50,790 bases of DNA from a virus. Lineage: Duplodnaviria; Caudoviricetes. Positions 37,656-46,103 of the stretch are shown here, piece by piece. Position numbers and translations under genes: made by a program. Each line of letters opens with the position of its first letter. The first letter of the stretch is position 1. Location: positions 1 through 50,790 of the IMG/VR virus record IMGVR_UViG_3300017912_000567; one strand, 5' to 3'. The notes beneath the pieces are model-generated. The model saw only the letters and a list, made by a program, of their open reading frames with translations. It did no database searches and was not told the origin of the DNA.

Positions 37656-38123
37656 TTGGATTCGTTTACTAGATTACTTTTAGCAATAGTTACAGCATGG
37701 TCAGTTATGATAGCTGTAGGTCTGTATGTCAGTGCAGACGAGATGACACATAACTTTAAAAACCCAAGTTTTTCAGGTGTTGGTACTTCTGCACATTGGC
37801 TAACTATAGAAAACCAAGAAGCCAACAGAAAGAAAGCACTCAAAGACGAGATTAAGGCTTACCAAGAGGATTTAGAAAGGGAAGCAGAAAATACAACATT
37901 AGCTAGATTTATACGAAACTTAGAAAGTAGAATATATGCACAGCTATCAAGACAATTAGTTGACAACCTGTTTGGTGAAACACCTAGTGAATCAGGTACG
38001 CTAGAGCTAGAAGGCAATACAATAGAATATTCTGTTGATGGTGATTTCATAACTTTGACAATTACAGATGCAGACGGAAATGTTACAGAGATTACTTTGC
38101 CTATCGGTGATTTTTCTTTCTAG
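37656..38123 (+). CDS. csgF: Curli assembly component CsgF-like
   Basis: Signal peptide, then ADEMTHNFKNPSFSG (cf. CsgF F.NP.F.G), and FIRNLESRIYAQLSRQL. Confidence 0.85.
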   Translation: MDSFTRLLLAIVTAWSVMIAVGLYVSADEMTHNFKNPSFSGVGTSAHWLTIENQEANRKKALKDEIKAYQEDLEREAENTTLARFIRNLESRIYAQLSRQLVDNLFGETPSESGTLELEGNTIEYSVDGDFITLTITDADGNVTEITLPIGDFSF

Positions 38124-38904
38124 TTGCACAAACTGGTCAGTACTTAACAACTATCAATTACCTGTAAGCCTAGTAAAACAAGCAGAAGTTGGTGTACTAA
38201 TCAACAAAGAACTTGCTAATATTGGTAAGCCATTCATAAAACCAACTATTGCAGTCTATCCAAACAGCTTTACAGATCAAACAGGACAACGTAGAAGCAA
38301 CAGCACATATGCTTCATTCTCTACAGCTATAACACAAGCACCTAACGCATACCTTATACGTGCCTTAAAACACGCAGGGGAAGGACATTTTTTTGATGTC
38401 GTAGAACGTGTTGGGCTTGATAACTTAACAAAAGAACGACAACTGATAAGGTCTACACGCAAAGACTTTAAAGAAGATAAAGATTTACTACCTCTAACTT
38501 TTGCAGGTTTGTTGATGGAAGGGGGTGTGATAGGATATGAAAGCAACGTCAAATCAGGTGGTTTGGGTGCAAGGTATCTAGGGATAGGTACTACAAAAGA
38601 ATATAGACAGGATTCTGTTACTGTTTCTTTACGCACCGTGTCAGTTAGCACAGGCAAAGTCTTGACCGAAGTGCTTACCACAAAGACGATTCTTAGTGTT
38701 GCATTAAGTCAAGATGCTTTTAGGTTTATCTCTAGTGGCACAGAGTTAGTAGAGATAGAAAATGGCATGGTTGAAAATGAGTCTGTAAACATAGCCTTAC
38801 AAAGTGCAGTAGAAACTGCTGTATTGGAAACCATAAAACTAGGTGTGAAAAATAATTTATGGAGTATACCTGATGAAGAAATGCTTAATGCTATTCGTGG
38901 TTAG
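38080..38904 (+). CDS. csgG: Curli secretion channel CsgG-like lipoprotein
   Basis: Lipobox LSSC, AVY..FTDQTGQR, FSTAITQ, FDVVERVGLDNLTKERQLIR, EGGVIGYESN..SGGLGARYLGIG. Confidence 0.92.
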   Translation: MLQRLLCLSVIFLSSCTNWSVLNNYQLPVSLVKQAEVGVLINKELANIGKPFIKPTIAVYPNSFTDQTGQRRSNSTYASFSTAITQAPNAYLIRALKHAGEGHFFDVVERVGLDNLTKERQLIRSTRKDFKEDKDLLPLTFAGLLMEGGVIGYESNVKSGGLGARYLGIGTTKEYRQDSVTVSLRTVSVSTGKVLTEVLTTKTILSVALSQDAFRFISSGTELVEIENGMVENESVNIALQSAVETAVLETIKLGVKNNLWSIPDEEMLNAIRG

Positions 38905-39574
38905 TGGATTTTTATTTGCTGATAACGAAGTTTATGTAGATCAAGTCGGTGCAACATTAAACCTTGATATAGAACAACTTGGCTCTAACAACATAATTGG
39001 TGGTGCTGATGCTGTTGCAGGTGGTATGACTGCATTAGACTTAGATGGTACAACAATGACACTAGACGTTAACCAAATTGGTGATAGTAACAAGTTTCTT
39101 GGTGATATTACTGCTGATACTTTTACTGGTTTCTTTGAATTTGATGGCGATTCTAACGTCTTTGATATACAAGTTGACCCAACCAATACTTATGGTGCAG
39201 ATAGTGGTAACTTTAATGTTGATGTAACTGGGGGTAGTAATACCTTTGAATTAAATGTCGCAACTGTTGATCTTGCAGGTACGCTTGATCTTGATTGGAT
39301 AATACAAGGTGATTCAAATGATCTTACATTCAATATTGACTATGATGGTGCAACCAATTATGTTGATATAGATGGAGATTCAAACACAGTTAATTTTGAT
39401 GCAGATGGATATTCAGGTGGATATTTCTATTTGGATCAGACAGGTAATTCTAGAACATTTAACATAGATCAACAGAGTACCCTTGCTAGTGATTGGCTAC
39501 AAATTAATTCTAGTGGCAACAATGGCACTATTTGTGTCAAACAAAACGATGGGGGAACAAGTACCTCGTGCTGA
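38873..39574 (+). CDS. Secreted curlin-repeat-like (beta-solenoid) protein
   Basis: Signal peptide; repeated [Q/D]xGxSN units (QLGSNN, QIGDSN, FDGDSN, QGDSN, DGDSN, QTGNS); terminal Cys pair. Confidence 0.7.
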   Translation: MKKCLMLFVVSGFLFADNEVYVDQVGATLNLDIEQLGSNNIIGGADAVAGGMTALDLDGTTMTLDVNQIGDSNKFLGDITADTFTGFFEFDGDSNVFDIQVDPTNTYGADSGNFNVDVTGGSNTFELNVATVDLAGTLDLDWIIQGDSNDLTFNIDYDGATNYVDIDGDSNTVNFDADGYSGGYFYLDQTGNSRTFNIDQQSTLASDWLQINSSGNNGTICVKQNDGGTSTSC

Positions 39575-40598
39575 CGTAGGTAATGTATCTGAACTCAATG
39601 GTGTTGCTCGTATTGTACGAGATCAACCAGTAGAAGCATCGTTAGAAGCCAATATAAAGAGCTATGACACGTTAGAAACGTCTAATGGTCGTATGGGTAT
39701 CACTTTCTTAGATGATACGCAGATAAGGCTCACAGAGCATTCTCAGGTCTTGGTAGATGAGTTTGTTTTTGACCCAAACCCTGATAATTCCAAGATGGCA
39801 CTTAATTTTGCCAAAGGCACTGCACGTTTTGTTACAGGTAAACTAGGTCTAGTACCTAAGAAAAACATAAAGATACGCACCAACAGTGCGACAATCGGTA
39901 TCAGGGGTACTGATTTTACAATCACAGTAAATGAGATTGGTGAATCATTAATCATTCTTTTGCCTAACCTTGATGGCACAAGCAGTGGTGAAATAGAAGT
40001 AACAACAGCTATGGGTACAGTTTTACTTAACAAGCCTTACGAATCTACAGTTACCACAGTCTTTGAAGCACCCCCAAGCAATCCAGTCATATTAGATTTA
40101 ACACTAGATATCATAGACAATATGCTTATTGTCAATCCACCTGAACGTGTAAGAGAAACCATAGAAGAAACCACGTCATCATCAAGCAATGTCTTAGATG
40201 TAGATTTCTTAGAGTTTGATGAACTTGATGCAGACTACTTTGCCAAAGATGAATTAGAGTTTACAGAATTAGATATCAACTACCTTGATGTCAATTTCTT
40301 TGAGGATTTGCTAAAGGTAATAGACGAATTAGATAAGTTAGCAGAAGATGATCTTGAACAAGAACAACAAATAACAAGGATTGTTGGTACAAAAGTAGGG
40401 CAAGACCCAACGACACAGATCATTACCTTAGTACAAGGGGAAGTTATTAGCTTACGCAGAAAAGTTGAACAATCAGTACAAGTTGATTTAAACTCTAGTC
40501 AGGGATACACAGTTATATTTATACAAGACGGTGTATCAAATACAATTAAGATTAATGGTGGTGGCGACTCAGTAATAAAAATTACACAAGGCTCATGA
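39483..40598 (+). CDS. FecR-domain protein
   Basis: DTLETSNGRMGITFLDDTQIRLTEHSQVLVDEFVFDP, GTARFVTG, TNSATIGIRGTDF; acidic C-terminal region. Start uncertain. Confidence 0.85.
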   Translation: MLVIGYKLILVATMALFVSNKTMGEQVPRADVGNVSELNGVARIVRDQPVEASLEANIKSYDTLETSNGRMGITFLDDTQIRLTEHSQVLVDEFVFDPNPDNSKMALNFAKGTARFVTGKLGLVPKKNIKIRTNSATIGIRGTDFTITVNEIGESLIILLPNLDGTSSGEIEVTTAMGTVLLNKPYESTVTTVFEAPPSNPVILDLTLDIIDNMLIVNPPERVRETIEETTSSSSNVLDVDFLEFDELDADYFAKDELEFTELDINYLDVNFFEDLLKVIDELDKLAEDDLEQEQQITRIVGTKVGQDPTTQIITLVQGEVISLRRKVEQSVQVDLNSSQGYTVIFIQDGVSNTIKINGGGDSVIKITQGS

Positions 40599-40975
40599 AA
40601 CTAAACTTTATAATTATAGCAATGTCAGTAACCTTATTAGGGGGTAGTTGGGCTTATATTAAATGGCTACAGTCAGAAAATGAAACCCTAAGAACAAACC
40701 AAGCAAAGCTAGAACAATCAATAGCAGACCAAAACGAGAGTATAAAAAATTATCTTGCCAATCAAAAACGTCAGACAGAGCAGATAACATTACTTGAAAC
40801 CCAACGCCAAGAAGCACAGAGAGAATTAAGTAAACTAAGAGATACATTCGCCAAACATGATATAGGAAAGTTGGCATTAGCAAAACCAAAGCTAATAGAA
40901 AACATAGTCAACAAAGGTACAAAAAAAGTCAAAGACGATATGATAGAACTAACTAAACCTGAACAATATGATTAA
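40595..40975 (+). CDS. Inner-membrane spanin (Rz-like)
   Basis: N-terminal TM followed by a long coiled coil; overlaps a lipoprotein gene. Confidence 0.7.
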   Translation: MKLNFIIIAMSVTLLGGSWAYIKWLQSENETLRTNQAKLEQSIADQNESIKNYLANQKRQTEQITLLETQRQEAQRELSKLRDTFAKHDIGKLALAKPKLIENIVNKGTKKVKDDMIELTKPEQYD

Positions 40976-41351
40976 ATATGTAGTACCAGTTTTATTTCTT
41001 GCTTTAACAGGTTGCTCCCTAATACCAAGCCAATCAAAACCTGTTGAAGTTAGAACCATTGCTGAACCTGCTCCAATGTATCATCCACCTATGCCGATGG
41101 AGTTACAACTTCGTGATATAGAGTGGACAATCCTTACTCCTCAAATTATGGATTCTCTGGTTAAAGACATTGAAGACGGTTCAGCAATACCTACTGCATA
41201 CTATGCTTTGACATCACAAGGCTATCAAAACCTTTCAGAAAACACTGCAGAAAACAAAAGATACATCAGAGATGTCATTGCAATAGTCAAATATTATCGG
41301 TCTTTAGACGATAAAGACGAAGAAAAAGAAACTAGACAAGAAGAAAAGTAG
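40968..41351 (+). CDS. Outer-membrane spanin-like lipoprotein
   Basis: Lipobox LTGC, Pro-rich segment. Confidence 0.7.
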   Translation: MIKYVVPVLFLALTGCSLIPSQSKPVEVRTIAEPAPMYHPPMPMELQLRDIEWTILTPQIMDSLVKDIEDGSAIPTAYYALTSQGYQNLSENTAENKRYIRDVIAIVKYYRSLDDKDEEKETRQEEK

Positions 41352-41391
41352 AAGATACTATCAAGGATAACTTTTATCTATAGGAGTTATT

Positions 41392-41562
41392 ATGGATATG
41401 ATAATCAATTTAGTAAGCATGATTACTGTGATAGTAACCGTTGCTTCTATCATTGCTGCTGTCACTCCAACACCGAAAGACGATGAATGGATTGGCAAGT
41501 TATATAAACTTGTTGATCTTGCAGCGTGTAACTGGGGTTTTGCAAAGGACAAAAGCAAATAA
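41392..41562 (+). CDS. Small membrane protein, holin-like (56 aa; not in track)
   Basis: MDMIINLVSMITVIVTVASIIAAVTPTPKDDEWIGKLYKLVDLAACNWGFAKDKSK; AGGAG RBS. Confidence 0.75.
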   Translation: MDMIINLVSMITVIVTVASIIAAVTPTPKDDEWIGKLYKLVDLAACNWGFAKDKSK

Positions 41563-41586
41563 GATTAGTGCATTAGCACACTTACT

Positions 41587-41967
41587 ATGACTGACTCAGT
41601 AATTCCATTTGTATACGAAGCTGAACTGGACAGGGTTGTTGATGGCGATACCATTGATGTAATCCTTGATCTTGGCTTTAATGTTAAGTTGCACAAACAA
41701 AGGTGCAGATTAGCAGGTATAGATACTCCTGAATCTCGTACAAGGGATTTAGAAGAAAAGAAACTAGGCTTGGCAGCCAAAGCAAGACTGCAGGAGTTAT
41801 GTCATGGTAAATTCAAAATCCAATCGCTAGGTAAAGGAAAGTATGGCAGAATATTAGCAATACCTTTTACAGAAGATGGTCAAAATATTTGCGAAATACT
41901 TAAAAAAGAAGGTCACGCAGTTGAATACTGGGGTGGCAAGAAAACCAAAATTTGGGGGGGATACTAA
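41587..41967 (+). CDS. Thermonuclease (SNase-like)
   Basis: RVVDGDTIDV, RLAGIDTPE, KYGRILA. Confidence 0.92.
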   Translation: MTDSVIPFVYEAELDRVVDGDTIDVILDLGFNVKLHKQRCRLAGIDTPESRTRDLEEKKLGLAAKARLQELCHGKFKIQSLGKGKYGRILAIPFTEDGQNICEILKKEGHAVEYWGGKKTKIWGGY

Positions 41968-41968
41968 T

Positions 41969-42412
41969 ATGGTTATATCAGACGAAGGTGTTGCCTTAGT
42001 AAAGAAGTTTGAAGGTTGCAAATTAGAAGCCTATCAATGTGCAGCAGGTGTATGGACTATTGGTTATGGTTCAACTAAAGGTGTACAGAAAGGTGATGTA
42101 TGGTCACAAACAAAAGCAGAAATGATGCTAGAAGAAGAATTATACGACTTTGCACAACAAGTAGATGAGTTAGTAACTGTACCACTTAACCAGTGTCAAA
42201 CCGATGCACTTATCTCTTGGACATTTAATCTTGGTGCTACAAATCTATCACGTAGTACTTTGCTCAAAGTTTTGAATAGTGGTGCATATGAAGATGTACC
42301 TGCACAGATTAAAAGATGGAATAAAGCTAATGGTAAAGTTTTAGAGGGATTAGTTCGCAGAAGAGAAGCAGAAGCCTTGTTGTTTGAAGGTAAGGAATGG
42401 GAACACGTCTAA
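41969..42412 (+). CDS. Endolysin, GH24 lysozyme
   Basis: FEGCKLEAYQCAAGVWTIGYG, FNLG, GLVRRREAE. Confidence 0.95.
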   Translation: MVISDEGVALVKKFEGCKLEAYQCAAGVWTIGYGSTKGVQKGDVWSQTKAEMMLEEELYDFAQQVDELVTVPLNQCQTDALISWTFNLGATNLSRSTLLKVLNSGAYEDVPAQIKRWNKANGKVLEGLVRRREAEALLFEGKEWEHV

Positions 42413-42639
42413 TGGCATTGTCCAAAACACAGAACAAAAGATTGGGTGGCATACTTACAGTAATGTTTAAGGAAGAACTGCCACAAGAAGTAGAACAACA
42501 ATTAGTACAAGAGGGGTTTGTAGAAAAAAATGATTCTGATATTCAACTCACAGATAAAGGAATTGATGAAAAGAACAGACTATGCACCCTTGCAGGACTT
42601 AATATCAAGTATTCAAGCGAGAGAAAAAAAGAGGACTGA
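42412..42639 (+). CDS. Hypothetical protein (winged-helix-like)
   Basis: Coupled to the lysozyme gene; LVQEGFV...LTDKG. Confidence 0.6.
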   Translation: MALSKTQNKRLGGILTVMFKEELPQEVEQQLVQEGFVEKNDSDIQLTDKGIDEKNRLCTLAGLNIKYSSERKKED

Positions 42640-42797
42640 TGTACCTAATGTCGCAATGTCAAAACTGCGAGAACAAGAAATTAGATTGTACATGTGCAGG
42701 AAGCAAAGGTCTGTTTTGGGAAGAAACAACCAAGAAGTTTTACACTTGGATAGAACTAAAAGAATTCTATAAAAAAAAGGCTAAGAATAAATCCTAG
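42639..42797 (+). CDS. Small Cys-rich protein (52 aa; not in track)
   Basis: MYLMSQCQNCENKKLDCTCAGSKGLFWEETTKKFYTWIELKEFYKKKAKNKS; TGATG coupling. Confidence 0.55.
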   Translation: MYLMSQCQNCENKKLDCTCAGSKGLFWEETTKKFYTWIELKEFYKKKAKNKS

Positions 42798-42801
42798 CCT
42801 T
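42771..42801 (-). terminator. Terminator at the convergence of late and early transcription
   Basis: AAGGCTAAGA-ataaa-TCCTAGCCTT, with an A-run on the left (U-run on minus). Confidence 0.65.
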
Positions 42802-42821
42802 AGAGAAAGTTTTAGTTATTA

Positions 42822-43067
42822 CTAAAACTTAAACTTACGAGAAAGGTGGTTTAGGTTTCCACCTCTAGAATTAATTTCTTCTACATCCCAAAGTTTAATC
42901 TCTAGATTAACTCCATTCTCGGCAAGTTTTTTGAAATCAACTCCACTATCGGTAAGTTTTTTCTTGGTTAGTTGAATTGCTTGAGATTCGCTGACAGCAT
43001 ATTTGTTATCAACGAATGCTCTTACATCAACTATCCAGTTTTCCTTCCTACATCTTCTTTTAGCCAT
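42822..43067 (-). CDS. Hypothetical protein
   Basis: GGGAG RBS; own promoter TTGAAT-16-TATAAT with TG extension (43094-43121). Confidence 0.7.
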   Translation of the reverse strand: MAKRRCRKENWIVDVRAFVDNKYAVSESQAIQLTKKKLTDSGVDFKKLAENGVNLEIKLWDVEEINSRGGNLNHLSRKFKF

Positions 43068-43151
43068 TTTTACTCCCATTTGGTTAAAGGTTTATTATAA
43101 CAAACGTGATGTAGAATTCAAGTCATGTGACATTTGCAGTTTTTTACGTGC

Positions 43152-43179
43152 AAAAAAAAGGGAGGTCTGAAACCTCCCT
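43152..43179 (-). terminator. Rho-independent terminator (minus strand)
   Basis: AGGGAGGT-ctgaa-ACCTCCCT preceded by an A-run on plus. Confidence 0.8.
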
Positions 43180-43211
43180 GATGGTGATAAATCACCTGCC
43201 CAAGTATGAAA

Positions 43212-43403
43212 CTACAGTATATCAGTTTTTACTTTCTTTGTTTCTTTTCTACCTGATAAATATACGTTTTGTGTAAACTCAATACGCTTACCATTCTCTA
43301 ACCTTGACTCAAAGTAATGATACTTCAACATATTGTCTAACTCTTCATCAGATAGTTCTTGCTTTCTAACTTCTAGTAGCGATCTTGTGTACGGATATGC
43401 CAT
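43212..43403 (-). CDS. Hypothetical protein
   Basis: 63-aa ORF in the leftward operon. Confidence 0.6.
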   Translation of the reverse strand: MAYPYTRSLLEVRKQELSDEELDNMLKYHYFESRLENGKRIEFTQNVYLSGRKETKKVKTDIL

Positions 43404-43563
43404 CTTCTTCTCCTAGCACTCTAATCTTGGTGCTGTAATATGGTTTTATTGTTTCTTTTCCAAGACGTGATTTTGCTTCTTCTAGTGCATCATCATGTTC
43501 TTTGGCTTCAACTACATACGTAGTTGTTTTGCTTTCAGTAATAGTAACTTGAAAGACTTTCAT
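43366..43563 (-). CDS. Hypothetical protein
   Basis: MKVFQVTITE...VEA...ALEEA; start reassigned to ATG 43563. Confidence 0.65.
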   Translation of the reverse strand: MKVFQVTITESKTTTYVVEAKEHDDALEEAKSRLGKETIKPYYSTKIRVLGEEDGISVHKIATRS

Positions 43564-43700
43564 CTTGTCCACTTGCACTTAATAATATCTTCTTTGATAT
43601 TTTGTTCTGTATCTCTCCAAGAATTGGCTAGTACAATAAATATTCCTAAAACATTTGCTAATAGAAATACAGCAATGCCTAAAAGTAAAATATTAATCAT
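43560..43700 (-). CDS. Small single-TM protein (46 aa; not in track)
   Basis: MINILLLGIAVFLLANVLGIFIVLANSWRD...; ATGA overlaps at both ends. Confidence 0.6.
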   Translation of the reverse strand: MINILLLGIAVFLLANVLGIFIVLANSWRDTEQNIKEDIIKCKWTR

Positions 43701-43891
43701 AAACCCCTCTCTTTAAAATATAAGTTTATTAGTTTTTCTACTCTAGGATTTATCTTGGCATAACCATTCTCAAATCTAGATATCATACTTTTGTTTGGCA
43801 CATCACCATTCATGTATCCAAGAAACTCTGCAAGTTCTGTTTGCTTTACATTGTTTTCTTCTCTTAGTTTTTTAAGTTCAATACCTTCCAT
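43697..43891 (-). CDS. XRE-family HTH regulator
   Basis: LKKLREENNVKQTELAEFLG...SMISRFENG; GAGGT RBS. Confidence 0.88.
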   Translation of the reverse strand: MEGIELKKLREENNVKQTELAEFLGYMNGDVPNKSMISRFENGYAKINPRVEKLINLYFKERGL

Positions 43892-44057
43892 CTTTACCTC
43901 TCTGTTTTGCAACCGTAGTAATATAACTACCAGTATCATCACGTAATACCCAAAAGCCTATATGCTCACTGCTTTCTTGTTTACTAGGATAATTATAAGG
44001 CAAGTCATTATCTCTTTGTTTATGTTGATAAATTCTTACTGCATCTGTATACGTCAT
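43878..44057 (-). CDS. Hypothetical protein (59 aa; not in track)
   Basis: MTYTDAVRIYQHKQRDNDLPYNYPSKQESSEHIGFWVLRDD...; AGGAG RBS. Confidence 0.55.
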   Translation of the reverse strand: MTYTDAVRIYQHKQRDNDLPYNYPSKQESSEHIGFWVLRDDTGSYITTVAKQRGKDGRY

Positions 44058-44058
44058 A

Positions 44059-45084
44059 TTATTTTACTCCTGTATTTATGTCGTAATCTTTTGTGATAAT
44101 CCCTTTGGATTTATCACCCCTAAAATGTGCTTTTACAAAAGTGATCTTGCCACTGTTGCATTTCCTGATATGTTTTCTAACAGCATGAAACGCTTTACCA
44201 TCCTGACCGTTAGATACACCTGAGGGTTCATTATTGGAACCATTATCAAACAGATTTAGTTTTAGTACCTTGTGTTCATATTTAGGCTTACGTAAAAACT
44301 CTGCATGGCTAAATTTTCTTGATAGTGGTGTCTGTATATTCTTGATACCTTTTACAGATTTTGTATCTACAATCTGTGGGTATGATAAGTAAAGGCATAG
44401 TTGTGTATGTGTATGTACTATTGTGCCTACTATAGAGTTCAGGGTTACATTGGAATATGTTTCATTATTACTAATGGTTCTTAGATCAGTGGCATCATAA
44501 AAAGGACTATCTTCATGTAGCCAAAAAGTATAATCACCATTTTTTCTAAAAGAATATATCCACACATTTGGGTCAATAACAAAGATGTTACTTTGTGTGT
44601 CATACAACCAAATTGTACCTGCAAACATTCTGCTACCTTCCTCATCATGTTTACCTGTATCAATTAATAAAACATGGCTAAGTGCTTTGTGACGATCTAT
44701 AGTTTCAATATTGTGTTGTCGTTCCCATGTTGGTAAATCCACAGTACCGTCATAATTCCTATAGAGTTCATTGGTATCAGTAAAGTTAATACTTGATTCA
44801 ACCTGTACAAATGTTGATTTAAACGGTAAGTACATTTCTAAATCTTCAGTCAGTTTTGCAAGTTCAGTGTGGCTCAATTCATTTTCTTCACTTGCTATTG
44901 GCAAATAAAACTTCATGGATTGTTGTACCTGTTTAGATGTTTTGTCTAAATAATCTGAAAATATTGCAGTGTCAACTGGTCTGACAATATGTGGTGCAGG
45001 TTTGAAATTTTGTAAAAACTTTTCAGGGTTAGTTCTGTTAAGAACACCTGCATGTAATAATTTTTGTAATATAGTGTTGTTCAT
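44059..45084 (-). CDS. Hypothetical early protein
   Basis: C-terminal HAVRKHIRK...VKAHFRG motif; GAGAGG RBS; own promoter. Confidence 0.75.
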   Translation of the reverse strand: MNNTILQKLLHAGVLNRTNPEKFLQNFKPAPHIVRPVDTAIFSDYLDKTSKQVQQSMKFYLPIASEENELSHTELAKLTEDLEMYLPFKSTFVQVESSINFTDTNELYRNYDGTVDLPTWERQHNIETIDRHKALSHVLLIDTGKHDEEGSRMFAGTIWLYDTQSNIFVIDPNVWIYSFRKNGDYTFWLHEDSPFYDATDLRTISNNETYSNVTLNSIVGTIVHTHTQLCLYLSYPQIVDTKSVKGIKNIQTPLSRKFSHAEFLRKPKYEHKVLKLNLFDNGSNNEPSGVSNGQDGKAFHAVRKHIRKCNSGKITFVKAHFRGDKSKGIITKDYDINTGVK

Positions 45085-45091
45085 AAAACCT

Positions 45092-45143
45092 CTCAAATAT
45101 CAATTTATTCTTCATTAGACCACAAAAGTTTATAATTGTAAAC
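45092..45143 (-). promoter_or_regulatory. Leftward promoter with a leader shared with 4338-4354
   Basis: TTTACA-17-TCTAAT with TG extension, then ATAAATTGATATTTGAG. Confidence 0.6.
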
Positions 45144-45482
45144 CTAGAAAGGTAGATCATTATCTACATCACCTTCAAAACTTTTTTGTTCAAATAATTT
45201 TTTTGCCCATTTCTGACCGTAATCTTTTGGTAAACCATAGCTTTGGAAAAAAGAAAATTCATTGCCAAACTTTGTATGTAATTGGGAATGATGATGAAAA
45301 CATAAAGGTATCACATTCTCGTCACCTGCACGTCTAGACATACCCCTAGTACCTTTGTATGGTTTTAGTAAATGGTGTGCTTGTACGTGCTTAGAATGAC
45401 TGTAAAACCCTGCTTTACATAAGATACATGGTAAGGAAGCAACCCATTCTAGGTGCTTCCTATTCACATATCTTTTAGCCAT
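45144..45482 (-). CDS. Zn-binding HNH-like nuclease (DUF968/Ref-like)
   Basis: WVASLPCILC...AHH...IPLCFHHH. Confidence 0.8.
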   Translation of the reverse strand: MAKRYVNRKHLEWVASLPCILCKAGFYSHSKHVQAHHLLKPYKGTRGMSRRAGDENVIPLCFHHHSQLHTKFGNEFSFFQSYGLPKDYGQKWAKKLFEQKSFEGDVDNDLPF

Positions 45483-45841
45483 TAAAATGGTGCATCAGAT
45501 TCTTGCACTGGTTTTAAAGAAACGTCAGTGTATGGTGTACCTTCTTTGCTTTCAGTTTTCCATCCACCGAACTTGTACACCTGTCCATCTATTGTGATCT
45601 TGCCACCAACATCAGGCGATCTCTCAGACATCTTTTCCTCAGGTGTGTTTGTGTACAACAACCCCAATGACATCATCAATTCATACTTAGGTTTACCAGT
45701 GTTGTTTTTGCTTTCAACAATGGCAATATATTTTTTCTCACCATTGATTGTCACACTACCTTTTCTATGAATTATGCAATCATTTTCATGCCACAAATAA
45801 CCCTTTAGATTATCGTCTTTTTTTTCTTGCTCATTATCCAT
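45482..45841 (-). CDS. Putative ssDNA-binding protein (DUF736-like)
   Basis: SPDVGGKI...GGW...GTPY; acidic C-terminal tail ending APF. Confidence 0.6.
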   Translation of the reverse strand: MDNEQEKKDDNLKGYLWHENDCIIHRKGSVTINGEKKYIAIVESKNNTGKPKYELMMSLGLLYTNTPEEKMSERSPDVGGKITIDGQVYKFGGWKTESKEGTPYTDVSLKPVQESDAPF

Positions 45842-46103
45842 TTATATCTCCAATTAATTTATATTTAAAACCTTTACCACCCTCAATACGTTTCTTAATT
45901 ATCACCTCATCAAATTGTGATAGACCATATTTTGATCTTGCCCAATCTTTTCTAAGGTTTCTAATAGATGCAGATATTGTGGGTTCACCATAGAACTTAC
46001 CAGTTTTCTCTTTGATTGTTGCTTGTAAATCCCAAAATGTCCACCAGTTACCATTTCTCATACAAAGAAATACACAATCGTCTAATGATAATTTTTTCAT
46101 CAC
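45834..46103 (-). CDS. Small winged-helix-like DNA-binding protein
   Basis: WWTFWDLQ...EPTISASIRNLRK...YKL. Confidence 0.65.
   Translation of the reverse strand: MMKKLSLDDCVFLCMRNGNWWTFWDLQATIKEKTGKFYGEPTISASIRNLRKDWARSKYGLSQFDEVIIKKRIEGGKGFKYKLIGDING

Noticed and set aside
42530-42772. 80-aa ORF in the supplied track
   Set aside because: It overlaps two better-coupled ORFs (42412-42639 and 42639-42797) in another frame.
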